Below, piece by piece: positions 1 through 12,399 of a DNA stretch of 64,000 nt (its first letter is position 1; each line of letters opens with the position of its first letter). The notes under the pieces are model-generated. The model ran no database searches. It had not been told where the DNA came from and worked only from the letters and a program-made list of their open reading frames with translations. Source of the DNA: Vicugna vicugna (taxonomy: Eukaryota); the NCBI GenBank assembly GCA_013265495.1, contig MU058384.1:1427690-1491689 (forward strand). Reading direction: 5' to 3'. The translations under genes and the position numbers were made by a program.

Positions 1-178
1 GCAAGCAGGAGGAAATGGCTGGTGAGAGATCTTGTATTAATGGATTGTCGAGTCTGGGCGATCCCTCTCCACTTAGGACAGTAGTTTTAAATGGTGATAA
101 TCTACCTAGGAATGTTGACAGTTGTATTTGTTAGATTTAGTAAATTTCCCATGAATTTTTCTCTCAAAAGCAAAGTGA

Positions 179-592
179 ACGGCCAATAGGCACATGAAAA
201 ATTGCTCAGTATTGCTAATGATCAGAGAAGTGCAAATCAAAACAATAAGGTATCACAATGAGGTTATCACCTCACACCAGTCAGAATGGCCATCGTTAAA
301 AAGGCCACAAACAATAAATGCTGAAGAGGGTGCAGAGAAAAGGAAACCCTCCTACATTGCTGGTAGGAACGTAGTTTGGTGCAACTGTTATGGAAAACAG
401 TATGGAGATTCCTTAAAAAATGAAAATAGACTTACCTTATGATCAGTAACTCCACTCCCGAGCATATATCCAGAGGAAACTCTAATTAGAAAGGTACATG
501 CACCCTAATGTTTATAGCAGCACTATTTACAATAGTCAAGACATAGAAGCAACCTCAGTGTCCATGGACAAATGACTGGATAAAGAAGATGT

Positions 593-641
<49 letters not shown>

Positions 642-1192
642 ACTACTTAGCCATAAAAAAGGATAAAATAATGCCATTTGCAGCAACATGGATGGACTGG
701 AAGATTACTATACTAAGTGAAGTAAGCCAGAAAGAAAAAGAAAAATATCATATAATATCACTTATATATGGACTCTAAAAAAATGACACAAATGAACTTA
801 TTTACAAAATAGAAGCAGACTCACAGACATAGGAAACAAACTTATGGTTTGTTATCTATGCCTCAGGAGGGAAATGTGGTTGTGGAGGGATAAATTATGA
901 GTTTGGGATTTGCAGATACTAACTACTATACATTAAATAGATAAACAATGAGGTCCTATTGTATAGCACAGGGAACTATATTCAATAACTTATAATAGCC
1001 TATAATGAAATAGATTATGAAAAAGAATATATATATATATTATGAAAAAGAATATATATATATGCCTGAACCACTATGCTACACACACCAGAAATTAAAA
1101 CAACATTGTAAACTTACTACACATCAATAAGAAAGAAAGAAAGAAAAAGAAAGGAAGGAAGGAAGGAAGGAAGGAAGGAAGGAAGGAAGGAA

Positions 1193-1254
<62 letters not shown>

Positions 1255-1268
1255 GAAGAGAAAGAAAG
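179..1268 (+). mobile_element. 5'-truncated LINE-1 (end of ORF2 + 3'UTR + degenerate A-tail), cetartiodactyl/camelid-type
   Basis: Frameshifted ORF2 C-terminal peptides (IREVQIKT..RYH; IMPFAATWMD..IILSEVSQKEKEKYH). The 3'UTR motif gtatagcacagggaactatattcaa is typical of artiodactyl L1. Probable TSD aaagcaaagtga (167-178) / aaagaaaagtga (1269-1280). Confidence 0.93.
595..638. repeat. (TG)n microsatellite inside L1
   Basis: About 22 uninterrupted TG units read directly. Confidence 0.97.
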
Positions 1269-1276
1269 AAAGAAAA
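1130..1276. repeat. Compound (GAAA)n/(GGAA)n tetranucleotide microsatellite derived from the L1 tail
   Basis: Purine-only tetramer arrays directly after the L1 3' end. Confidence 0.96.
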
Positions 1277-2324
1277 GTGATTTTTTTGTTGTTGTTGGCT
1301 TTTTTTCTCCCCTCTCTTTCTCCCAGGACTCCAAGCCTAGGATCTGATATATTTCTGTTTTGCGGTAAAACTATTTATTTGAAAGAGGACTGGATTTTAA
1401 AACATCCATCAACCTATATCCACAGTTTCTGGATCATTTATTTTTCTGGTAGATTTGTCTTAATACTTATGTTTATTTTCATACACACATTCTCTAGTCA
1501 AGGTTCATTCTGTGTGGACATAGGATGGTTGTTACACACTCATTTATCCTACATATCCATAGCAGAGCTAGTCATTCTTGGATATGAACACCAAGATTGC
1601 TGGTGGCTCATATGGCAAACTACCAGGGCCATGGGAAAGTAGATGTATTGCTTCTCCATGGACCACCTTTTAAACACCAATATATTCATGGAAATATTTT
1701 TTAAATCACTAAAATTATTTATGGACAGAACACTAGTGGTGCTGAGTGGTAACACATGGAATAAAACCAGAGTGTTTATTTTCCCCACATTGTAACCCTT
1801 GGAGTGGCTCTTATGCATTGTGCCTGCCATTCGGGTTGGACTGGGGGAAGCGGGGAGATTGAAAGTGAGAACGTTACAGATGAGCAGTTGCTCTGTAAGC
1901 AAAGTTGGAAACTCTGCATTGGCACTATAAGGAAAAGATTTCTTCTGCTATTAATGAATATCTGATGACTTAAACTGTTTGTATCCAAATAACAGAGCTG
2001 AAAAAATCTTTCTCCCTCTGGCAGAATTGCTATTAAGGAAATAGCTGTCTTTGATTAAGAAAGTATCTTATTTTATCACTTAAGCTATCACTTAGGGAAC
2101 CTGAGAACCTGGGTTCAGTGAGTCAAGGCGCCACATTAATAGTTAACTCAGATCTCTGCATGAGAAGACTGAAGGGCTTTATTTTTGTTCTGGGGAGGTG
2201 TGGGAGAGAAGGGCCAGAAGATCTGGGGGAAACTGGAGCCTGTCACAGAAGGGGCAGCGTGGAAGAACTCTCTGGGGATGTCCAATGGCTTAGTTCAAAC
2301 ATCTGCTATAATTTAATCTCCATG

Positions 2325-2447
2325 GGTGCGGGGATCTTTGTGAGTTTTATTCACTGATAAACTCCCAAGCACCTTGAACTGTGCCAGGTACAACGTTCCC
2401 ACTTGATAATTGCTTGTTGTACAAATGAATGCATGAGTGAATGAATA
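2325..2447 (+). mobile_element. L2 3' end fragment
   Basis: ttcactgataaactcccaagcaccttgaactgtgccaggtac...tgaatgcatgagtgaatgaat resembles the L2 3' terminus with its (TGAA)n tail. Confidence 0.7.
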
Positions 2448-2875
2448 TTGAGTAAGATTTTTCAGTGTTCAGCTTGAAATAGTTTGTGGTGTTAGAATCA
2501 AGCCAATAAAAAAAAAAGAGGTCAAATTTATTATATTCCAAAGTTCCTTATGAGTTAGAGGACATTGAGGCTGAATTTCACACAGCAGAATGGTACAGAC
2601 TAGAGACAGTACATGTGGGAGAACAGGACGATCTCTTAACCAAACTGGTCCAGTGAAGGCAGGAACCTTGAGTCTGGGTCACTGTGTTCAGAAAGAGTTA
2701 GGATCATTTTGGACTTCCATACGGCATGGGATGGGGCTTTAAGCTGACCTTCTCTAGAAACTAAGGGACCTGAAGTCCCTACCTGATATCCAAATGCCAT
2801 CCTTGAATGTCCCACCACTTGTAAAATGTTGCCTTCATGTACTGGATGAGGACTTCAAGGAACAACAACAGGAAA

Positions 2876-2880
2876 ACACA

Positions 2881-2914
<34 letters not shown>
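2876..2914. repeat. (CA)n microsatellite
   Basis: CA array read directly. Confidence 0.95.
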
Positions 2915-2915
<1 letters not shown>

Positions 2916-5900
2916 CTATGATAGTGTTGTGAGTATAGGAAAGGTTTAGAAGTTGACTGCCCCAAGAAAGCATTACATTTAAGCCATGCTAGTCCCATGA
3001 AAATATATTTAGTCTCTTTAAAGTCTTTGGAAAAAAATTTTCTTTCTAATTGGATGTTCCATTATATTCAGATAACTCAAGTCAGTTCCATTTGCTCCTG
3101 CCAGAAGAATAGCCATGCTTATCAAACACCAAGACCCTCATCAGTCCTTGCCTCTCCTCTGACTCTGGGGTTCCCGAGGTGGAGTTGAAACCATGAGCAT
3201 GGGGTTGGAGAAGAGCCATTTCATATACAGCTGCAGCTCTGAAGTCCTTGCTCAGACTACACTTTGTTCATGTGTTGATGCTGCCCGCACATGGAGACAG
3301 CACTGTGCTGCAGGCACTACATTTGCCCATGGGCTGTGTCCATGCTGTTGCAAAGTACCTTTGTGCTTACAAACTCCGCCCAGACCATGAATCACTGTCC
3401 CATATGTAGCACTAATTCACCTATGAATTCTAACCTTTTGATGGCGAATAGAGTATTAAATCTCTGCTGCCACTGCCTGATGTTCCTCTCAGGTTGCCTC
3501 ATTGTCTCTGATGGTCACGTCTCCAGATAGTGGGGAATTATCATACCTTCCTATGTCAGTCCTTTGGAAGAGGTGCCACTAGATTCGAGAGCCTATTGGC
3601 CCCTAAAGGTACTGTTCTGATTTACCACTCAGCAATCTGGCTTAAAGTCTGTCTTTATAGATTGTTAATGTTTTTTGCAGCCCTTTCTTTCTCAGGGTAC
3701 AAAAAACGTCCTTCCCAAGACTCATGGATAGGGGAAACTGAGGCTCCACATTTCTATTTATTTGTAACACAAGTGATTGCCAAACACTGTCCACATCAAA
3801 TACAAACTGTTCTCATCATCCTAGCTCCGTCTCACTTCCATCCCTATTTCCCTTGCGTCTTTTTCTCCAAGCACTTACTTTCAAGTTGTATTACCTAGCT
3901 GTTTTAAATATGTTTTCTGCTTATTTCCAGAACAGGATGGTGTAAAATTAAATAAACACACCCGTATAGGCATATGCTTATGCCAAACGGGGCCAAGCTT
4001 TTCACTGAATCCCTAGGGAGCAGGTCACCATCTTCACTCCAGTTTTACCACAGGTTCATCGTGTGGTCTTCACTGCCTTGCTTCCCTCTTCACCGTTTTT
4101 GTTTACTTTGGCATAAAGAGGTAGCATAGCAGTTAACCTATCTCCGGGGTGTGTTCAGGTTTAATGAATAAATGTGTATAATGCCCTCGGAGCGCCTCAC
4201 ATGAGATGTGCTGTTACTGCACATTATTAGTGCTGCTGTTAGAGCACCACTTCGGGACCCTCGGCCTTCAAGCTGGCTCGAGACAGGAGGTCTCGGAAAC
4301 AATAACAGCTCTTCTCCCGTGAGCCTTTCTCCCTGAAACCTCAGAGAACTTAAAGGCATTACCTTATTAATGTTAAACTCAGCATGAGATGGATGGGAAC
4401 AAATACTGTTTCCTGTTTCCAGGTGGGAGACATTAAGGCAACACTCTTGCACTGACACACAGCTCATCTGTAATGTAAGCACTTATCAACGTTCTTCATG
4501 CCAGAGACAACGCCTGCTTCACTCTTTCTCCACCGAGACATGGCACTGGGTAGTGCTGCTAGAAAGAGTGGGTTCCAGTCTGGAACTCTTTAAGTGTCTC
4601 AAGATAGTGCCAAGAGAATCGTTAAGAAGTGTGATTGTGATCATGTATTTTTATTTTGCTATGATTTGGTTAGCTAAAGAAAGCATCCAGTTTCTTTTTT
4701 TTTCTTCTTTCCTACAGTAATCTCAACTGAATGAATGAAAGCTCTGTTTGTCCTTCCATAGGTTATTGATTAATTTTAAATGGCTGACACATTGGTGCTT
4801 AATGGACACCAGTGTGTCCATTTAATAGTCAACATTTTTCAAATTACAAGGGACTTTTGAGAGTAAGAAATCATTGGCCGGGAATCAGAGTGTAGTTTCT
4901 TATAACCTCATCACTCAAAGAACAAGGATGTTGAAGCCCTGGGTTATATGATAGCATCAGCCAGCTTAAAAGTAATTTGACTACGCTTCGTAAAGCAATT
5001 CTGTAAGCCAGACAGCCGTTTCCTACAATTAGTCTAAAGTGGGAAGCAATAATGATATGACATTCAACCTCAGTATTGTGCTGTCCTTGATGCCAGTATG
5101 ATACACCCTGACGAGCTGAACTCCCTAATAATTATGATGCCTTTTGGTCTCTTCAGTAGTGAAGCCTCTTGGAAGTGGGATCCAACTGGACCAGCTCAGA
5201 CTGACATCTTCAAGGGTACAGCTACAATTCCTCTTATTTGTAATAGTGAACCCTTTTACGTTAAATCTCCTCCAACATTTTTATAAGGGATTTCGAAAGT
5301 AAACTCCACAATTCTACTGCAGAAAACTGACACTACATACCAAGACGATAGGAGTGTTAGTGAGTTGACTGCTCACCCCAATATGTAGTGGAAATAGAAT
5401 GAGTCCCTGGGCTCTCCATCACTTGGTGAAACCTCGGGCATTTAGCTGACATCATTCTTTGGCATTTGCCTTTCTTCTCCCACTCTTTTTACCAACGGGT
5501 AATGGAAATACAGCTGTCAGCTTCAAATTATTCAAATGTGGGGAAACCAGCTCCTCATAACATTTTGCCTTCTCCATTCAAGCCCCACCCAGGCCCACTC
5601 AGTTCTAGCACGTCTATTCTTTAACAGCTAATGGGAAAAGAGCCCAGACCATCTCCACGTCAGACATTTAATGTGGTCTTAGGCCACTTGCAGTGACCGA
5701 GTCCTCATGCTTCACGTAGAAGCAGAAATAGACGGTAATTTGCCTGGGCTGGTTCATAATGATGTGCGTAATGGAAACATTCCTTCTGGACACCTGCAGC
5801 AACCAGCGTAGGCTTTGAAGCATGAGGTTTGCTTTCGCCATTGTAGCATACAGGCTTACAAATATTGCCATTGATCATAAAATTATCCAATCTTTTTAAA

Positions 5901-8787
5901 ATACAGCTACACTAGTTGATTAAAGTACTTTCTACCACCATAAATTTCAGTCTGACTCCACCCACCCCAGTGCAGAATTTTCTTTCCACTTAGTTTTTTT
6001 TTAAAGTGCCTGCCATTAATTTCCTTGAGCAATTCTTTAGAATAATGTCAGTGGATGGTTTAAGCAGGAGGCATTGGTAGGTTTATTTTACTCGAAGCTT
6101 AGCAGGATACTAAGTTGTCCCCGCTAGGAAAATAAAGAGTTTTCCTGCTCTCTGACTTTCAGGAGAAAAGAAGCCTTCCTTCTATGGGATAAGGACCTGG
6201 AGTTAGAGAAAATCCTGCTGTTATTCAGACTTGGTCCCCTCACACATTCCTGGGCTGTCATGACTCAGCTCTTCCTGGGCCCTTACAAGTGTTCTCTCTT
6301 CTCTCAAGTCGAAGAATTGGTTCACCCAACTGGGCCACCAGATGTCTGCATGTAGCTAAAGGAAACCATCATTGTTCCCTAGGACCCAATCCTAGTATTT
6401 GTGTTACAAATCAGTTCAAGCCCTGACTCACGGCTTTCTTTCATTTGAAAGAAATATATTGAGGTCAATGCATTGTCGAATGGATTTTGAATTTTCCCAG
6501 GTACTAAACCCCATTTACCTCTAACCAAAAGAGAATATTCCTGCTTATTTTTAGGTTCAGTACTCTTATTGGAACAATTATAACAGTTTCCTAGTAATTT
6601 AATTCAAAAGATATGATTTCTTCTGGAATATTTTAAAAATCAGTTTTTAGCATCAATTATTGGAGTATATTTAGAATTTTTTTCCACTATGCTGTTTTAG
6701 ATTCAGCCTTAGGAAATCTTTTGGAACTCCACTCAAAAAAACAAAATCTACTATGAACCAGCAATCAATCACAACTTCAGAATGCTTGATTACCAAAAAG
6801 ACCAAGAAAGAATAACCTATCATCACTCTTCATGTTAGCTTATGTCACTGCCGACAGCAGTTGCTACCTATGCTATGGGAATGATTGAGAAGATAGATTT
6901 GGTAACAACATTTTTTTCCCATGTTTTGGACATGGAAAAATGGCCTTTGATTTGTGACTATAGACCTTAGTTGATGGACCTTGTATTGCTTTCAATGAAA
7001 AAAGAGGAGTAGTTAGTGATAATCAATGTGATTTTATCCCCAGTGTTTCTATTTATCCCAGAGATCAATATCTCTATAGGAGCACTCCCTTCAATCAAAA
7101 ACACTATGAAGAAACTCTGTTCAGCATCTTAACCACATCCATTTCTCAGCACCAATGATTAAATAACTTCAGCATGTATGAATTTGTTTGGGGTGTCCTT
7201 AAAGTAGGCTAATTCTGTTCCAGTTGAATGTCCTTGATTATATGGTACTCAGACAGAAGGAGATTACAAAACACTAGAAACTATTCAAATGTGTTTGTGT
7301 TAATTAAATTCAGAAATTTTATCATGAGTCTGTAATGATCCCAAGGCCCTGGCAGGATGGAGCTCCTTTAAAAGGAGCAACACGCTGGAAAGGCAGCTTC
7401 CCTTCGCTGACTTAGCAGGGCTGCAATCAGCTTGCCTGCTAGAGCCCCTTGGGAACTGGGCAAGGCAGCCCTTTGGTACTAAGTGATGTATGAAGGTTCT
7501 GCAAGGAGATTCAAAAAATGCATGCGGTGTAGCAGATCTTGAATCTGTTCAAATCAGGACAAGTTTTTCTACTTTTTTAATTTCAAAGTCCAAAACTACT
7601 GTTAGAACTTGGAAATGTGACTTCTCTGTTCACCTTTCATAGACTGCTAGGACTCACACTTCATGCACAATATTTTAGGGGTTTTCTCTTGATTTTTATC
7701 ATTATACTTTCTTTTCTACTCTTTGGAACTTGATAGGAAATGTCCCATACATTCTTCTCTTGTGTGAACTTTGTAAAACCCTCTGGGAGGGTGTTTTCTC
7801 CTTAGCTTGGCTTTGAATGTGGGAACCTTATGATACGATGTGATAATGAACAATGTGAAATTGTTGGTTCAGTGATAGCATCCAGGTCCATTGAAAACTC
7901 CTGCATGTTCTGAACAAGGCTAGATGGGTTGCTATGAAATGGGTCTCCATGGAGAATTTATTCTCAGACAACTGTCCCTTCCAGTGAGTTATCCAAAATA
8001 AGAAACTGGGATTTTTCTCAATATTGCAAGGAGCCTTCTTGCTTGGACTGCTGAAACTTTTAACACAGAAATTTGAAGCCATGTAAAACTTTCACATTTC
8101 TTTTGGAATCTGACACTGCCCGGTTTACTGAGAGATTTGCCAAGATTTGATGAACCTTTCTCTGAACCTCGGGAAATTTCATGCTAGGACCAAAACCGGA
8201 AAACGAAGCACATTTCACTGGGTGTCAGATTTCATTCTGACCAGCTCGCCAGGCTCTCCCCCCAGGTTGTATTACTTCCTGCCCAGAGATGAAGGGGAAA
8301 GATTAAGTGGCCCCACACTACCAAATAAAATACTTCCAAGGAAAAAGAGCCCCATCCAATATCATCTGAAGAAGCTGACTTCACAATATCGTGTCATTTT
8401 CACCTGGATTCATTGTTTGACCAGTGGCTTTGTCCTCAAGCAGTTTGTGCTCTGAGAAAATATAAGTACAGATGAGGACTAAAATTGTGACTAATAATGA
8501 TAATAACAAGATGTACAAAGACAGTTTCAGAGGGAAAAGAAGAAAGAAGAACTCTGCAAGATGCTCTTGGATTAACAAATTTATCACTGTTCTCACTGAC
8601 CCCACAGGGCCCTTGATATAGACAAGGGAATTCAAATGCAAACGTGCATTTAAAAAGCTATAAAACTTTGCAAACTTAGTACATCTTGGCGAGCAATTTT
8701 GTGTAATTATCTTTCCTTCTTTTCAAATGAATGAATTATTTATGTATCTGGATAAATGATGCCTGCTCCTTAAACGACTGTGTAAGC

Positions 8788-8998
8788 CAGACTTTCTCAG
8801 CCTCGGCACCGTGGGCACTTGGGGCTAGATAGTTCTTTATGGTGGGGGCTTTGTCCTGTGCAAATGTGGCAGCATCCCTGCCCTCTACCCACTTGATTCC
8901 AGAAGCCCCTCCCTCTGAATCGTGACAGCCAAAACATATCTCCAGACATAGCCAAATGTCCCCTGGGGGGCAAAATCGCCCCCAGTTGAGAACATTTG
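8788..8998 (-). mobile_element. MER20 (hAT-Charlie non-autonomous DNA transposon), near full length
   Basis: Contains ctccagacatagccaaatgtcccctggggggcaaaatcgcccccagttgagaac, the reverse complement of the MER20 5' end. Length about 210 bp. Confidence 0.92.
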
Positions 8999-9352
8999 CT
9001 TAAATCTTGTGTGCTCTGTGTCTTCAAATGCCTCCAAATTCAGCAAGTTATATGTCAATTGGCTTCTTTTTATGAGTTCAGAGTACTTTACATATACCAA
9101 GTGCAACTGCCAAACAACTCCAGGGAACGTCTACAAACAACCACAGAATCTGTGAGTTAGAAGGGACCTTAGGAAAAAGAGAGGATTACAACAGCAGCAG
9201 CAGCAACAACAAAATATATTCTAAAGTGCAAGCCTACTCATGAGGAAGCAAAGAATATCCTCAAAGGAAAATACAAAGATCAGGTCCTTTCAAAATTTTT
9301 GAAGAGTCGGCATGTGAAAGTGATTGCTGGCTTCTTCTGCAAAGTGCTAGAC

Positions 9353-9543
9353 TTGTGCTGTCCAGTACAGTAGCCATTAGTCACATGTGTTTAAATTTAC
9401 ATTAAGTAAAATTAAATATATTTAAAATTCAGTGTCTCAAGTTGCTAGTGTTCAAAGCCATACGTGGCTAGTGGCTACCACATTGGACAGTGCGGATAGA
9501 GAAGCTTTCCATCACGGGAAAAAAGTTCTACTGCACTGTGCTG
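9353..9543 (-). mobile_element. MER3 (hAT-Charlie)
   Basis: gctgtccagtacagtagccattagtcacatgtg ... gtggctagtggctaccacattggacagtgc are the internal inverted repeats characteristic of MER3. Confidence 0.85.
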
Positions 9544-10364
9544 CTAAGTGTACAGAAGCAATGGGTGGGAGTTACTGGGAGATAAGTTTTAATTCAGTCT
9601 AAGAAGAATTAGAGTTTTGCTATCCTCTCAAAGAGCATGAATAAGTTTAGAGCAGATGCCAAGGAAGAATTTTTGCTTGGTAGACGGCTACACTGGATGA
9701 ACAGAACCCTCTAATTCAGACTCAAAAGGGCTTACGTATGAGGTTTTATACTTTTTTATGTAATAAAATTTTCATAATTTCTAAACAGTACCCCATGGTA
9801 TCAGAAGAAACGTTTATATTTTAAAATATAGAGATTTTTAAACTTATGTAATTTCTAGATCAAAACAATATTCACAAAATAAAGACTGCTTAATTTTCTT
9901 CTCTGGTAAGGTCTGTTCACACCTTATCTGCCTTCAAAGTTAAGAAAAGGCAAGTTTATATTTTTATGTCAATATTTTCAAATGAATTCCAGCAACTTAT
10001 AAAATATGAACCTTGGTCATATGCCATTTCAGTTCAAACAATATCCAAATTTGAGATTTAGTCCTGTATTATAGAGAATAAAAGGCAAGGGCTAGGATGC
10101 TCCGAGCCTGAGAGGACAGTCGGAGTGGACATCAGATGCCACATCACTTCACCAAAGAAGACATTACTCTTATATGCAGCAAAATGACTTCTAGTCAAAG
10201 GAAGGAATACTCTGAGACGCATTTGAAATTCAGGTGATAACTGAGGATAAATTATTCTCAAAAAAAATCCAAAAAATTACATATACTTCTCTCCTTATCT
10301 TTAACCTTTTTTTTCCAAAAAAGTCCATTCATAAATACATACTTGCACACACATGTAACTTACA

Positions 10365-11100
10365 AATCCAACTCACTGAATTTCAAAGAATCAGCTAGGA
10401 CTTACTGAGACCTTTGTTATTTTGTTTATGTTCTTCATGTATTGTGCTTTGTACTATTGGTAAGACAGAAAAAAAGCCGCAGTCCCTGCACTCTAGGAAG
10501 CCTCACGGTCCAGACGGACTAAGTGACACACAAATACAGTGAGAGAATGACTGCGGGCTGCACTAACCACAAGGACAATCAGTGTCAACACAGCAAAGAG
10601 ACTGCTACAGCCAGACCAGTCAACAAAGGCTTCGAGGAGGGCATGAGAAGACTAAGACTTAACAGCAACGTGGTCTCCTGATGAAGAAAACTAGGAGCTG
10701 CATATCTGGTCTGAGGATATGATAGGAAGGTGATGGTTGAATAGTGGATGCAGCAGGGTCCAGCTGTGGGTGGCCCTGAATGCCAGGCAGAGAACTGAAG
10801 ACCTGCTATGTTGGGAAACAGGAAGTCTTCACACGCTTTACACATTCGAGTGGCACCATGAAACAGTGCCTTAAAGGAAGATCACTGCACACAGACCACA
10901 GAATAAATTGGGTGAAAAAAAAAAAGAATAAATTGGGTGAGGTGGGTGGAAGGGGAAAGCAGAGGAGACGAATTGCTGTACCAGCCCAGTCAGAAGGCTG
11001 TTAAAGGGATCAAAGCATGACGGGATATGGGTGTGGATGATGGCAACCAACATCCGAAGAAGAATATTTCTAGTCATGAAGAATGTTAAACACTGGTGTG
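10365..11100 (-). mobile_element. L2 fragment
   Basis: agtccctgcactctaggaagcctcacggtccag and a purine-rich body match antisense L2. Boundaries approximate. Confidence 0.6.
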
Positions 11101-11284
11101 GATTATAGTCAGGAGCTTCCGTCCCTACTGAACAAACTCACATACAGGCTTCCCTACAAAGAGGATAGTGGTCTGCTAGCTTCTCAGAGAATCTGTCAGC
11201 CCTGTGGTGCTCTGATCTTTAGCAAAAGAGAATCACAGAGGAATTAGGTTATTTCTTTTCTTGATCTTTATCCTGCCATTCCTC

Positions 11285-11400
11285 GCTGAGCAGCTGGAGT
11301 GCTGGAGCAGGTCACATACTTTCTCTGTGCCTCAGTTTTAGTATCTATAAAATAAAAATTGGTTTGTTACCCATCTCACAGCGATGCTACAGGGCTTGTG
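11285..11400 (+). mobile_element. MIR SINE fragment
   Basis: MIR core ctctgtgcctcagttttagtatctataaaat. Confidence 0.7.
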
Positions 11401-11944
11401 ACATATTGGATCCTAGGAAATATTGAACATTTGGGGAAAAATCTTGTGATAAATGAGAGACAGAAACCACCTAAAATTAGATACAGAATTTTACCTTTGA
11501 GAGCTGCATATTTCTTACCCTGCAGGTACCCAGACTCCATCATGGACAAACATATTCACATGCACAATCTCTGAACAGTATAGAATATTAAAGTCCACAA
11601 ATCTCTACAGTTCCAGAATCTCAATGATGAGTTATGAATGTAAAAGCTTAAAAAAAGTCTCTTCAAGTAAAGTGATTTTTTTCCTGTATTTAATACTCTA
11701 GAAAGAAATATGTGAAATGAATGTTAAGACAAAATGAAAGATATTCATGACCAGTTGTTAGAAGGTGAAAAGAAGCAAATCATTCTCTCGAACCACTGAA
11801 CATCCATTACCATCTCTTGGTCATTGAGCACATCACTCCCAACCAGAGAGAGGACTACTGTGTGACAGTAAAAGCCAGGCATGAATACCTTATTCATGGT
11901 TAGAATAAGCTAATGTCAAAATAGGAAAAAAGCTATGGGGGAGC

Positions 11945-12065
11945 TGCTCAGTCAACCCCTTCACTTTAAATAGGTGAAGCATCTGATGCTCAGAGGATCA
12001 AGTGGCAAGCCCCCAGTTACGTGGCTAATTTGTAAGAGCTAGGATTTGGACTCTTGGTCCAGGGA
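11945..12065 (-). mobile_element. MIR SINE fragment
   Basis: gctcagaggatcaagtggcaagcccccagttacgtggctaat...gagctaggatttggactc is antisense MIR. Confidence 0.65.
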
Positions 12066-12399
12066 CACAGTGTTCACTTTTTGCAGATCAGAATTGGTCT
12101 TGGTGCCATACAAAGCATAATCAGGATGTATTATACCTGAAATAAAGTGATATTATTTCTCTCCCCGGGGTTCCAATCTTGCCAGAAGACAAAAACTGAA
12201 CAATGGCAGCAAAGGAAGGAAAAAGCCTGGGTGAGAAAAAAATTTGGAACGTTCAGATTAAAGGTCTCCGTTGAGGGGGCCTGGGTTACACTTCTCATTA
12301 CAAACATCTAGTCTTAAGGGCCAGCAGGAAGGAAAGGGAGGAGTTACATTATAACTTGTACCATAGATAAAATATGTGCTAGCGAAGAGATTAAAAAAG

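Noticed and set aside
194..778. ORFs 194-442 and 596-778 as genes
   Set aside because: They are broken L1 ORF2 C-terminal remnants, one opened by the (TG)n repeat.
1095..1334. F/L/S-rich minus-strand ORF (similar ones at 43036-43340)
   Set aside because: Translation of purine microsatellite or low-complexity DNA.
5077..5097. RE1/NRSE-like motif (also near 47810)
   Set aside because: Only the GGACAG half-site matches, with too many mismatches in the TCAGCACC half.
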